A model generated the notes under the pieces. It had not been told where the DNA came from and searched no databases. It was given only the letters and a program-made list of their open reading frames with translations. Positions 9,783 through 18,638 of a stretch of DNA of 64,000 bases are shown here, piece after piece. Made by a program: the position numbers and the translations under genes. This stretch comes from Bdellovibrionales bacterium (GTDB lineage Bacteria; Bdellovibrionota; UBA1018): NCBI GenBank assembly GCA_016786465.1, contig JAEUWC010000016.1, forward strand, positions 146,422-210,421, given 5' to 3'. How positions within the stretch are numbered: the stretch's first letter is position 1; the number at the start of each line of letters is the position of its first letter.

Positions 9783-10820
9783 TTACTTCCCTAACCCAAA
9801 GTGATCCATCGCGTGCCGAATTTCATTCGGGCTGACGGTCGCAGTTCCGCGTTTGCCGACTTCGACGCCTGCAGCCAGGTTGCCAAGAATCACGGCATCC
9901 ACAATGGACGCACCCGTCGATAGGGCCAAGGTCAGAACTGAAATGACGGTGTCACCGGCACCCGACACGTCGTACACTTCGCGCGCGTAGGTCGGGATGG
10001 TCACGACTTCTTTGGATCCTGCTTCGAAAACAGCCATCCCTTCTTTTCCGCGGGTGATCACGACGTGATCAGCGCGCGTTTGGGTCAGGATCTTGTGACC
10101 TGCGTCCCAAAGCGATTTTTCATCGCGAATGGAAACACCTGAAAGCTTTTCCGCTTCCTTCGTGTTTGGGGTCAAGACCCCTGCCCCACGGTAGCGTTCC
10201 AGGGGGGTTTTCATGTTCGGGTCCACCGCCATGATTTTTTTTGCCGACTTTGCGCAAGAAAAAACCTGTTCTGAAAGCGACGGGCTAAGCAATCCCTTGG
10301 CGTAGTCTTCCAAAATCACCGCGTCGACTTTTTTCACCAAGGTGCGGATCCGATTGATCAACTGAATTTCGACTGCCGAATTCACCGGGTGAAAACTTTC
10401 GTAATCCACGCGCAAAAGCTGCTGACGATCACTGACGATTCGTTCTTTCAAAACCGTGCGCCTAGATTCGTCTTCGATCAGATACGAAATCTCGATTCCC
10501 GCTGTACGAAGAAGTCCGCGAAAATCTTCCGCGGTTCGGTCGCGACCCACCACACCGGTCAATAGCGGGATCCCACCTAAAGCTTGAACGTTGTCGGCGA
10601 CGTTTGCGGCAAGGCCCAGCTTTAGCTTTTCTTCTTCAACCAAAACAATCGGAACCGGCGCTTCCGGGCTGATGCGTTCGACAATCCCCATCGTGTAACG
10701 ATCCACGCCGACGTCGCCGATGACCATGACCCGCTGACCTTGAAAAGCCGCCAAGGTTTTCTTCAGTCGCGAACGATTCCAACTTTTGGGTTCTAAGTGC
10801 TTAAACTTGATTTTTTGCAT
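9783..10820 (-). CDS. hldA: D-beta-D-heptose 7-phosphate kinase (HldE domain I only, monofunctional HldA type)
   Basis: 345 aa ribokinase-like (RfaE domain I) with motifs GDVGVDRY and DVSGAGDT. No fused adenylyltransferase domain. Confidence 0.75.
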   Translation of the reverse strand: MQKIKFKHLEPKSWNRSRLKKTLAAFQGQRVMVIGDVGVDRYTMGIVERISPEAPVPIVLVEEEKLKLGLAANVADNVQALGGIPLLTGVVGRDRTAEDFRGLLRTAGIEISYLIEDESRRTVLKERIVSDRQQLLRVDYESFHPVNSAVEIQLINRIRTLVKKVDAVILEDYAKGLLSPSLSEQVFSCAKSAKKIMAVDPNMKTPLERYRGAGVLTPNTKEAEKLSGVSIRDEKSLWDAGHKILTQTRADHVVITRGKEGMAVFEAGSKEVVTIPTYAREVYDVSGAGDTVISVLTLALSTGASIVDAVILGNLAAGVEVGKRGTATVSPNEIRHAMDHFGLGK

Positions 10821-11946
10821 AATCGATTTGGTGATGAACTTCGGTTAACGCCTCGGGTACGGAAAGGCGGCTCATGCAGGGATAGTAATGACAAACAGGT
10901 CCACGGCACTTGTAGTCTTCCCCACAATAATTGTCTGGGACCAAGATTGAAGCGCGTTCTTCGTCCTTCAGATAAGGCCCCCAACGAATCGCACTTTGAA
11001 CGCGAATCGGAGGGTAAAATGTGACGACCGGGCGACCCAATGAAACCGCCAAATGAAGCGGCCCAGTGCTTGGGGCCACGACGACCGCCGCATGGGTGTA
11101 CAGCGCACCCAGATCTTCCAGGTTTCGCCCGTTTTCACCGCCACGATAGATCAAAAGTTTTCCGGGGCCGCGTTCGTTTCCTGCGCTAACGGACGAATCG
11201 GGCTTAAGAATCAAATCCGCGATCCGATCCACTAAACCGTATTCCGCGGCGCCTGCCGAAAGAACAACCGTCTTGCCTTCTTGAACCAAGGCCTTCGCCA
11301 ATTCAGCATAATGCAGTTCGGGCCAATTCAGGGCCGAACCACCCATTCCCGGATGAATCGCAATCAAGGGTGAAGACGGATCCCACCCTTGTTCCCAAAG
11401 CCAACTTCGGGCCGCCACGACTTTTTCGGGTGCGACCGCCGCGCGCGTTTCCTGGGCGCGAGCCACGACACGAACCCCAATTCGCCGAAGCAGCTGAAGG
11501 TTGTAATCCGCTTCGTGCATTTCAACCCGCGAGCGCCTTTGCCGAAGGCCGCGGTTGTAAAAAAAGAACGAATAAATCTTACTGAGCGGGCCGACCCGGT
11601 AACGGATTCCGGCACCGAAGACGGCCGCGGCCAATCGGAACTGCGACTGAAGCAAGATCCCCATTCGGAAGTGGCGCGCGCGCAGTTCACCTAAAAGTCG
11701 GAAAAAACCCCGGATCCCAGCGTGGCGGCCCTTGGGTTCATAAATCAAGACTTCGTCGACTTCGGGAAGCCCCCGAATCACCGGCGCAACGAAATCCTGA
11801 ACCATGACGGTAAGCCGTGCGCCTTTAAAGTTCTGCTTGATTGCCGAAAAGACCGGCGTCGACAAAAGCACATCCCCTAACCGATCGCATCGGATGACCA
11901 AGATCGAAAAGGCAGGTTCAGATTTTGCTTCGTTTTTTACTGTCAC
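10801..11946 (-). CDS. ADP-heptose:LPS heptosyltransferase (GT9 family)
   Basis: 381 aa. GT9 pattern: IRCDRLGDVLLSTPVFSAIK N-terminus and a GPLHLAVSLGRPVV C-terminal motif. Overlaps hldA and cmk. Confidence 0.7.
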   Translation of the reverse strand: MTVKNEAKSEPAFSILVIRCDRLGDVLLSTPVFSAIKQNFKGARLTVMVQDFVAPVIRGLPEVDEVLIYEPKGRHAGIRGFFRLLGELRARHFRMGILLQSQFRLAAAVFGAGIRYRVGPLSKIYSFFFYNRGLRQRRSRVEMHEADYNLQLLRRIGVRVVARAQETRAAVAPEKVVAARSWLWEQGWDPSSPLIAIHPGMGGSALNWPELHYAELAKALVQEGKTVVLSAGAAEYGLVDRIADLILKPDSSVSAGNERGPGKLLIYRGGENGRNLEDLGALYTHAAVVVAPSTGPLHLAVSLGRPVVTFYPPIRVQSAIRWGPYLKDEERASILVPDNYCGEDYKCRGPVCHYYPCMSRLSVPEALTEVHHQIDYAKNQV

Positions 11947-12695
11947 TTGAGTTTCAGTTTCTGATTTGCAATCGCTTCCATGTAATCGACGACTTCGTCC
12001 AAGGTCATTCGGCTGGTGTCGACGGCGACGGCATCTGCCGCTTTTCTTAACGGCGCAATTGCCCGCGTTGAATCGGCTTGGTCGCGGTCGGCGATCTGTT
12101 TTTTGATTTCTTCAAAACTGGGTGCGTCCGACCCTGCCGCTTCAAGTTCAGCGAGGCGGCGCTTCGCGCGTTCTTCTACGCTAGCGGACATGAAAAACTT
12201 TAAGTCAGCGTCTGGGAATATCACCGTGCCGATGTCACGGCCTTCCAAAATACTGGAACTTTTGCAGCCCAAAGCACGTTGCAAATCCAAAAGCGCCTTG
12301 CGAACACCCGGGATGGCCGAAACCTGGCTTGCGGCCATGCTGACTTCCGGGGTTCGAATAAAGGGCGTCACATCCCGCCCGTTGGCGAAAACGCGATTTG
12401 AAGGATTCAAACCCTGCATTCGTCGAAATTCAAATTGGACCGACTGTGCGGTTTCTTCGGCCAAAGTGGCCAGACGGTCGAAATCGACTTTCTTTGCCCA
12501 GTCGGAATGCGGCCCCAGCTTTTCGGTCAATAAAAGGGCGATCGTTCGGTAAAGCGCGCCCGTGTCCACATGAATGAACCCCAGTCTTTCAGCCAAGCGC
12601 TTGGTCACTGAACTTTTACCCGTGCCAGCGGGGCCATCAATTGCGATGACAGATCCAGCTTTCTTTACACTTTGCGAGACCGACGGTTGGCCCAT
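11943..12695 (-). CDS. cmk: cytidylate kinase
   Basis: P-loop IAIDGPAGTGKSSV. Length and motif arrangement fit Cmk. Confidence 0.85.
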   Translation of the reverse strand: MGQPSVSQSVKKAGSVIAIDGPAGTGKSSVTKRLAERLGFIHVDTGALYRTIALLLTEKLGPHSDWAKKVDFDRLATLAEETAQSVQFEFRRMQGLNPSNRVFANGRDVTPFIRTPEVSMAASQVSAIPGVRKALLDLQRALGCKSSSILEGRDIGTVIFPDADLKFFMSASVEERAKRRLAELEAAGSDAPSFEEIKKQIADRDQADSTRAIAPLRKAADAVAVDTSRMTLDEVVDYMEAIANQKLKLK

Positions 12696-13870
12696 CAGTG
12701 TTTTCTCCGAAAAGTGTCCGAAAGGTTTTCCAAAACCTTCGCAGCCAGCCGATTTTCCACCATGGTTCCGATGCTGATTCGAAGCGCATCAGGAAGCCCA
12801 TAGTTCGCGACTGGACGAAAAATCACCCCGCGCTTCAGGCAGCTTTCAAAAACTTCCGAACCGCTTTTGCCCAGTCCCACGCGCGTATCCACCAAAAGGA
12901 AATTGCCCTGGCTGGGGTAATAGGGAATCGCCAAATCCGTCAGCGTCTTTTCCCAAAACTTCATTCCTTCTTTGTTCAGCTGAACCGAACGTTTGACGAA
13001 GGCCTTGTCGGTCAGCGCGGCTTCGGCCGCACAAAGGGCCAGCGAATTCAGATTAAAGGGCATTCGAACTTTTTCCAGAATTCCGATCAGTTCGGTATGC
13101 GCAATCCCGTAACCCACGCGAAGGCCCGCAAGTCCGTACACTTTCGAAAAAGTGCGAAGGATCACGACGTTTCCGGGAAATTCCTTCAAAAGCAGAATCG
13201 GGGTCTTCAGATCCGAAGCCGTGACGAATTCCTGGTACGCACAGTCCAAAACGACCTGGATTTGATCGCCGCGAATTCGCTTCACTTCTTGAATGAAAGA
13301 ACGAAGTTCTGACGTCGGAATATAAGAACCCGTCGGGTTGTTGGGGTTTGGAATAAAGACCAAGCGAATTCTGGAATTGGCCTGAATCGCGCGAAGCATT
13401 TCGGCCAAATCAAAGCGAAGAGGATTAGCTTCGTTTCCTTCGCCGGTTTCGCCCGAATCCAAGGTCGAAGTTTCAACCGTCGCGACGCCTTGGATCTGCG
13501 CACTGATTTTGTACGCGATGAATGCCGTTTTGGAAGTCAGGATCGCGTCGCCAGGAACACAAAGGCTTCGAATCAAAAGTTCTATGACTTCGTTAGATCC
13601 GTTACCCAAAACAATTTGATTGGCTGCGACTTGTTCGTGTCTTGCGATTGCGGATTTCAGATGGAAGGCCGCTGAATCGGGATACCGATGCAATTCCTTT
13701 TGCGCTTTTTGAATCGCCTTCAGGGCTTTTGGGCTTGGGCCCAAAGGGTTTTCGTTTGAAGCCAGCTTGATCACTTTCTTCAGACGGAATTCTCGTTGTG
13801 TTTCTTCAATGGGCTTCCCCGGGACGTAGGGCTTCAACGTCCGGATATAGTCCGCGGTGGTGTAAGGCAT
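12695..13870 (-). CDS. hisC: histidinol-phosphate / aromatic aminotransferase (class II PLP)
   Basis: About 390 aa. HisC family pattern (KLASNENPLGPSP, YPDSAAF, FSKVYGLAGLRVGY). Start taken at MPYTTADY to avoid a 40-nt overlap with the upstream gene. Confidence 0.75.
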   Translation of the reverse strand: MPYTTADYIRTLKPYVPGKPIEETQREFRLKKVIKLASNENPLGPSPKALKAIQKAQKELHRYPDSAAFHLKSAIARHEQVAANQIVLGNGSNEVIELLIRSLCVPGDAILTSKTAFIAYKISAQIQGVATVETSTLDSGETGEGNEANPLRFDLAEMLRAIQANSRIRLVFIPNPNNPTGSYIPTSELRSFIQEVKRIRGDQIQVVLDCAYQEFVTASDLKTPILLLKEFPGNVVILRTFSKVYGLAGLRVGYGIAHTELIGILEKVRMPFNLNSLALCAAEAALTDKAFVKRSVQLNKEGMKFWEKTLTDLAIPYYPSQGNFLLVDTRVGLGKSGSEVFESCLKRGVIFRPVANYGLPDALRISIGTMVENRLAAKVLENLSDTFRRKH

Positions 13871-13878
13871 GGAAAAGA

Positions 13879-14478
13879 CTAGACCACGGGTCGAACCTTG
13901 GCGCAAGCCCACTTGACTGAATCCAGTTCAGAAGCCGCGCGACTCAAGACCCGCTCTACAAGCTGGTCAGCAGGGACTTTCAGTTCTGAAAGTCCGATCG
14001 CTGGGACCGGTGCTCCGGCGGGATCAATATTGATCCCTGCATGCAAAAGAATCGATACCGGCGATGCCGTGACAATGGAAACGGATAGCTTTCGAGCATC
14101 GTTTCCTTCGCCGATGAAAAGATCGTCTCCGTCGCGGCGAATCGCAACGCCTGGATTCGTGCGCGCCAGGATGGCCGCGATTTCGTCCCGAACTATGGCC
14201 ATGAAAAGACGCTGAAACAAGACCCCTTGGGCCAAGGTCCAGCCGAAGAATTCTCCTAGGAAGTGAACCATCCGCTTGGCTTCGATGCGGTCTTCAACCA
14301 TTCGGTCTTCCCAGTCGACCAAGTGTCCGGTTTCCACGCGACATGGGCCTTCGAAAGCGGCAAGCGCGTCGCCCTTCATTTGAAACTGGGTCAAAAGGTA
14401 ATGCGGACGTAGTTCGGGGCCCGTGTACGGGATTTCCTTTTCGATTTTTTTGATCTGGATGGTTCCGGTCATCGTCAT
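13879..14478 (-). CDS. divergent QueF-like T-fold protein (putative preQ0 reductase homolog)
   Basis: Sits immediately downstream of queC with ATG/stop overlap. Has a Cys followed by a weak QueF-motif-like stretch (PCRVETGHLVDW...EAKRMVHFL), versus canonical C-PKTGQPD...ESKSLKLYL. The assignment is tentative. Confidence 0.4.
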   Translation of the reverse strand: MTMTGTIQIKKIEKEIPYTGPELRPHYLLTQFQMKGDALAAFEGPCRVETGHLVDWEDRMVEDRIEAKRMVHFLGEFFGWTLAQGVLFQRLFMAIVRDEIAAILARTNPGVAIRRDGDDLFIGEGNDARKLSVSIVTASPVSILLHAGINIDPAGAPVPAIGLSELKVPADQLVERVLSRAASELDSVKWACAKVRPVV

Positions 14479-15155
14479 CACCCCATCGCCCTTTTTAGCC
14501 TTTGGCAACTTTCGCAGGTTCCGCAGGGCTGTTCCCCACCCAAGTAACAAGACCAGATTCGATCAAAGGGGAACGGTTTTTTCAGCCGGCGAAGTTCAGC
14601 GACGATTTCGATCTTGGTCATCGAAGTCGTGTAGCAGAATACACGCGCACCATTGGCGGTCGATAGCGCCAACGCATCCGAACAGCGGTTCAGATATTCT
14701 AAAGAATTGTCCGGGAAGGTCGCAGCTTCTTCGCGATTGAATCCGACAATCACTCGGCCCGCACCCAGACGGTCGGCAAAAGCAGCGGCGACGTTGATCA
14801 AGACACCATTTCGGTTTGGAACCCAAACTTGTTTGGCTGTTTCACGGATGATGGACCCTGTATCCAATTGATGGGCGCCGATTTCAGGGACTTTTGATTC
14901 CGACGTCAGGCTGCTTCCGCCCAAACGCCCCAGCCAAGTCAGATCCAGGATTTGGTGGCGGACGCCATAATACTGCGCCAAGCGCCCAGCGGCTTCGATT
15001 TCTTTTTTCGCTGCCTTTTGGCCATAGTCGCAGGTCAGCGCCAGTTCGACGGGTTCGCGTTCGCAAGCAATCGCTAAATTAGCAGAAGAATCCAGGCCGC
15101 CCGAAAGCAAGACGACGGATCGCGAAGACGGGTTTGAAGATGGGTTGGAAATCAC
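14478..15155 (-). CDS. queC: 7-cyano-7-deazaguanine synthase
   Basis: PP-loop VVLLSGGLDSS and the C-terminal zinc motif CGTCESC are typical of QueC. Confidence 0.85.
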   Translation of the reverse strand: MISNPSSNPSSRSVVLLSGGLDSSANLAIACEREPVELALTCDYGQKAAKKEIEAAGRLAQYYGVRHQILDLTWLGRLGGSSLTSESKVPEIGAHQLDTGSIIRETAKQVWVPNRNGVLINVAAAFADRLGAGRVIVGFNREEAATFPDNSLEYLNRCSDALALSTANGARVFCYTTSMTKIEIVAELRRLKKPFPFDRIWSCYLGGEQPCGTCESCQRLKRAMG

Positions 15156-16096
15156 GCTCCGTGCTTTAGCACAGACCGACGCAGCTGCGTCGTAGAATAA
15201 GAACGAATCACGGGAACTCCGCGACGAATCGCTTCGTAATAATCCCGAGTCGTGGTTCCGCGGAAGCGCTTGCCCTTTTCACGGCGAAGCTGGTCCAAGC
15301 GGGCTGGGCCCATGTTGTAGGCCGCAAACTGGTAGTAAGGCGAAACTTCAGAATACTTGTTTCGAAGATGGGCTAAGTAATTGATTCCAATAGTTAAATT
15401 GGTAAATGGATCTTCCAGTGCGCGGGCGCGTGGAAAGTGAATTCCATTGGTCTTGGCAACGAAGAATGCCGTCGCAGGCATGATTTGCATCAATCCCATC
15501 GCGCCGACCGGCGAACGGGCTTTCACTTTGAAAGCGCTTTCCACGCGGATCACCGAAAGGATCAACGCGGGATCAAACTGGTGTTTGCGGCAAAGGTCCA
15601 GAAGGTGATTGGCCAAACGGGGGATCCAAGCCTTTGGAAACGAATCCAAGTGATCGCGAAGAATTCTTTCAACGCGGTCTGGGGTCATCAATTCATTCGA
15701 TTCGGCTTTGCGGTGGAAAACCAATGAAAAGCTAAAATCACCAGTCAAATCAACAACTTTTGACTGAAACGCGGACAGAACCAGGAAAACGACAACGCTG
15801 TAAATTCCCTGCTTCACCAAGAAAGCCGTCAAGCGTGAACGCTTCGGTTCACGGGTCGGTGCCGATGGAACCGCAAAGTGCTTCGACGCGCGAAGCGAAG
15901 AAGATGGGTCCATTCGTTTAGGCAAGGTCGTTGATTGTACTGCTTTCATACGCACCGCATTGTTTGGTTGCCGTGGTCGTACTTCTTTGGACTGGGTCTG
16001 ACAAGCCCAAAAACCTTTGTTTTGAGTCAACTTTTGCTGGCGAGTGACCATTTCCATACCCCTAGCTAGTGCAGCCGGTATGCCAAAGCGCCCCAA
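15152..16096 (-). CDS. lytic transglycosylase (SLT domain) with N-terminal TM anchor
   Basis: SLT catalytic region IRVESAFKVKARSPVGAMGLMQIMPATA and AYNMGP motif. N-terminal hydrophobic helix. Confidence 0.75.
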   Translation of the reverse strand: MGRFGIPAALARGMEMVTRQQKLTQNKGFWACQTQSKEVRPRQPNNAVRMKAVQSTTLPKRMDPSSSLRASKHFAVPSAPTREPKRSRLTAFLVKQGIYSVVVFLVLSAFQSKVVDLTGDFSFSLVFHRKAESNELMTPDRVERILRDHLDSFPKAWIPRLANHLLDLCRKHQFDPALILSVIRVESAFKVKARSPVGAMGLMQIMPATAFFVAKTNGIHFPRARALEDPFTNLTIGINYLAHLRNKYSEVSPYYQFAAYNMGPARLDQLRREKGKRFRGTTTRDYYEAIRRGVPVIRSYSTTQLRRSVLKHGA

Positions 16097-16124
16097 AAAT
16101 GAATTAAGTAATTGTATTTAAAGG

Positions 16125-16622
16125 CTAAAAATCAAGGGCCTGGCCATCCATTTGAAGGGCCATCTGATAGGCGTCCTCGCCATTTGAATAAAAACCCTTT
16201 CGAATCGACGAGATAGTGAATCCAATGGCTTGGTAAAGTTCGATCGCTTTCAGGTTGGATTTGCGAACATCTAACTTCACGACTTGAATGCCCTTTTTCA
16301 TCGCCTGACTACAAACCATTCGGACTAACTGCTTGCCTAAGCCAAGTCCTCGAAATGATTGAGCAACCCCTAGATTAAGGATTTGACAGTCGTCTAGCAT
16401 CAGCCAGTAGACGACATAACCTAAGACAGTTTCGTCGGTTTCGTCGTCGGTCAGCAATAGGGTGTGGCTATAAGGCTTTTGAAGCTCGGCTTCGAAGGCA
16501 GCCTGGGTCCAAGGGGCCACCTGGATCTGCTTTTCTAGGGCTGCAAGCCTTTCTAGGTCATCTACGGCCGCTTCGCGGGGGGAAAACTTCACTTCTTCTG
16601 GGCTACTGGACTGATTTGACAT
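16125..16622 (-). CDS. GNAT N-acetyltransferase, RimI-like
   Basis: GNAT motif A (QSFRGLGLGKQLV). Size about 165 aa from the internal ATG. Confidence 0.65.
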   Translation of the reverse strand: MSNQSSSPEEVKFSPREAAVDDLERLAALEKQIQVAPWTQAAFEAELQKPYSHTLLLTDDETDETVLGYVVYWLMLDDCQILNLGVAQSFRGLGLGKQLVRMVCSQAMKKGIQVVKLDVRKSNLKAIELYQAIGFTISSIRKGFYSNGEDAYQMALQMDGQALDF

Positions 16623-16720
16623 GGACACCTGGCCCTTCCCACAGAACTGGCCCATTGCGAAGGGTAAATTCATCAGTTAGGCATTCCGAAGGACTTCAAA
16701 TCTAATCGGGGGATATTCAA

Positions 16721-17728
16721 GTGCTTCATTTCACGGTTTCGTCATTGGCGTTTTTTCTTGGCTTTGCTCAGATCCAGGCTTTGGCTGCACCGACTTTTGT
16801 TCCAGTTCAGGACTGCAAGGAAACCGTTGTCCCAGGAGCGAAGAAGTACTTCTCGTGCCCTTTAGAAACCCGGACTACAGGGAAGGAAGTCGAAATTCTT
16901 TGGATCATCGACGACAGCGGCAGCATGGACCCGCACCAGCAGGCACTTGCCAAGCTTTCAAATTCGTTTCTGACCGACTTGACCCAGGCCGGTGCTTCTT
17001 GGCGAATGGGAATCCTGACGACCGACATCGCGCGGGTGCCCGAGATCGGCTTTAAGCGCGAGCTTTCAACGGCGCAGAAATCTTTACCAGCCGACTTTGC
17101 AAAAGAAATCAAGCGGATCGGTACGTCCGGGGACGCCATGGAACGAGCGTTTGATAGCCTGGACAAGCATGCGACAGCCTTTTTTAAGGACCCTGCTGCA
17201 CATCACGTGGTTATCTTGATTTCGGACGCGGAAAATCAGGCCTCGATTCTTCCCCGCGATATGATTCAGGTCCTGACTCAGGCTACCGGCGGACAGACCC
17301 AGGTTTTTGCCCTTCTTGCGGCAAATGACCTGACCCCAAGCTGTGCGAACGAAGGATGGAACTTCAGGGGCAGCCGCATGGAATCCATGATTCAGGCCCT
17401 GCAAGGGAAGGTCTACGATCTTTGTGACATGCCAAATTCGTTGAAGTCTGTTTCTAAGGAAATCATTCCAAGCCTTCCTGCCGGCGGAATCATCACCTAT
17501 GACCTTTTGGGAACGCGCACGATTCAGATCGATTCCAAGGCCATCGCTGGAACGATTGGTGTGACCTTGGTCGGCGGGTCCTTCCCTGGACCCTTGAAAG
17601 AAGGCCCGAAAGCGTCGGGCGGCTTCTGGGAATACGACGCATCGAATTCAATGATTCGATTCCACGACTTTGCTTTCGTCACGTCGCCAAACGCACGCTT
17701 CGAAGTCAGCTATCAGGTTCAACTTTAG
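16721..17728 (+). CDS. secreted von Willebrand factor A (VWA) domain protein
   Basis: GTG start, signal peptide, MIDAS-like DDSGSM motif early in a VWA-like fold. Confidence 0.6.
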   Translation: MLHFTVSSLAFFLGFAQIQALAAPTFVPVQDCKETVVPGAKKYFSCPLETRTTGKEVEILWIIDDSGSMDPHQQALAKLSNSFLTDLTQAGASWRMGILTTDIARVPEIGFKRELSTAQKSLPADFAKEIKRIGTSGDAMERAFDSLDKHATAFFKDPAAHHVVILISDAENQASILPRDMIQVLTQATGGQTQVFALLAANDLTPSCANEGWNFRGSRMESMIQALQGKVYDLCDMPNSLKSVSKEIIPSLPAGGIITYDLLGTRTIQIDSKAIAGTIGVTLVGGSFPGPLKEGPKASGGFWEYDASNSMIRFHDFAFVTSPNARFEVSYQVQL

Positions 17729-18510
17729 TTTAAAGGAAAGAACCCCACACAGCCGTTGTCCAACGGAGCACCGCCGATCTGTCGGGGGTTCATCCAGCGG
17801 TGTTTGGGTGAAAAAGACCTGCTTTGGTCCAATGAAATTTCAACGGACTTGGGAAAGGTCGACACCCCTTCGCCCGGACGCAAGACCGAAAGGTGGCGAC
17901 GAAAGCTGCCTTGAAAGGCCACTCGGCTTAGGCTTGGGATGAAATTCACAAATCCAGAAGTCTTGGCCGCCGGCATCGAACACAGGCGCGATTCGGGGAC
18001 ATCGACCAGGTACTGAACTTCGGCGCGCTCGCCCGCTTCTAGGGAAACTTCAATGGATTGGCCCTCAATAGCCGGATGTTCTTGATCGCCTCTCCTTTGA
18101 AGGACCCGAATTCGCGTCAATGCCAAAGGAAAGAATCCCGCTCCGATTTCGTAGACCCCTGAACTAGTCCCTCCAGGAAACCCTCCGGTCGTTGCCGTCC
18201 AAAAAAGAACAGGGTCGGCGGCAAGCTGAACGCCCGACTGAATCCAAACGCGAACCGGGCCAGGATTTGGATTGACCAAGACTTCGGTCACGATCGCGAT
18301 GGGCTCGGCCGCCATTTCCCGAGTAATCGGTTGCCCTGGAGGCATTTCATAACGAGTTAGCTCGGAAATTACTTCGGCAGGAGTCCCGAAATCGCGAACC
18401 CCCTGTTGATTCTGTCCTTCCTTCTGGGCTTCATTTCGAACTGTTCCACCACAACCACTGATCACGACCATTGCAGTCGCTACTGCAAAAAATCCTAGCC
18501 ACTTCTTCAT
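17725..18510 (-). CDS. hypothetical lipoprotein
   Basis: SD AGGAGA before MKKWLGFFAVATAMVVISGCGG (lipobox). No recognised domain. Confidence 0.55.
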   Translation of the reverse strand: MKKWLGFFAVATAMVVISGCGGTVRNEAQKEGQNQQGVRDFGTPAEVISELTRYEMPPGQPITREMAAEPIAIVTEVLVNPNPGPVRVWIQSGVQLAADPVLFWTATTGGFPGGTSSGVYEIGAGFFPLALTRIRVLQRRGDQEHPAIEGQSIEVSLEAGERAEVQYLVDVPESRLCSMPAAKTSGFVNFIPSLSRVAFQGSFRRHLSVLRPGEGVSTFPKSVEISLDQSRSFSPKHRWMNPRQIGGAPLDNGCVGFFPLN

Positions 18511-18638
18511 ATGTTTTTCTCCTGTTTGCGTGGGTACAAAGCAAAAGCGTGGCCAAGCGCATTGCAAAACTGGAAACCTTCAAGGGCGCGGCATTCCTGG
18601 GTTGATAAACACCTAAATTTAAAGAAGAATGGCAAGGC

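Noticed and set aside
12016-13312. Plus-strand ORFs (178 aa and 204 aa) antisense to cmk and hisC
   Set aside because: The sense-strand products have clear P-loop and aminotransferase signatures. The antisense frames are Arg/Ser-rich with no recognisable features.
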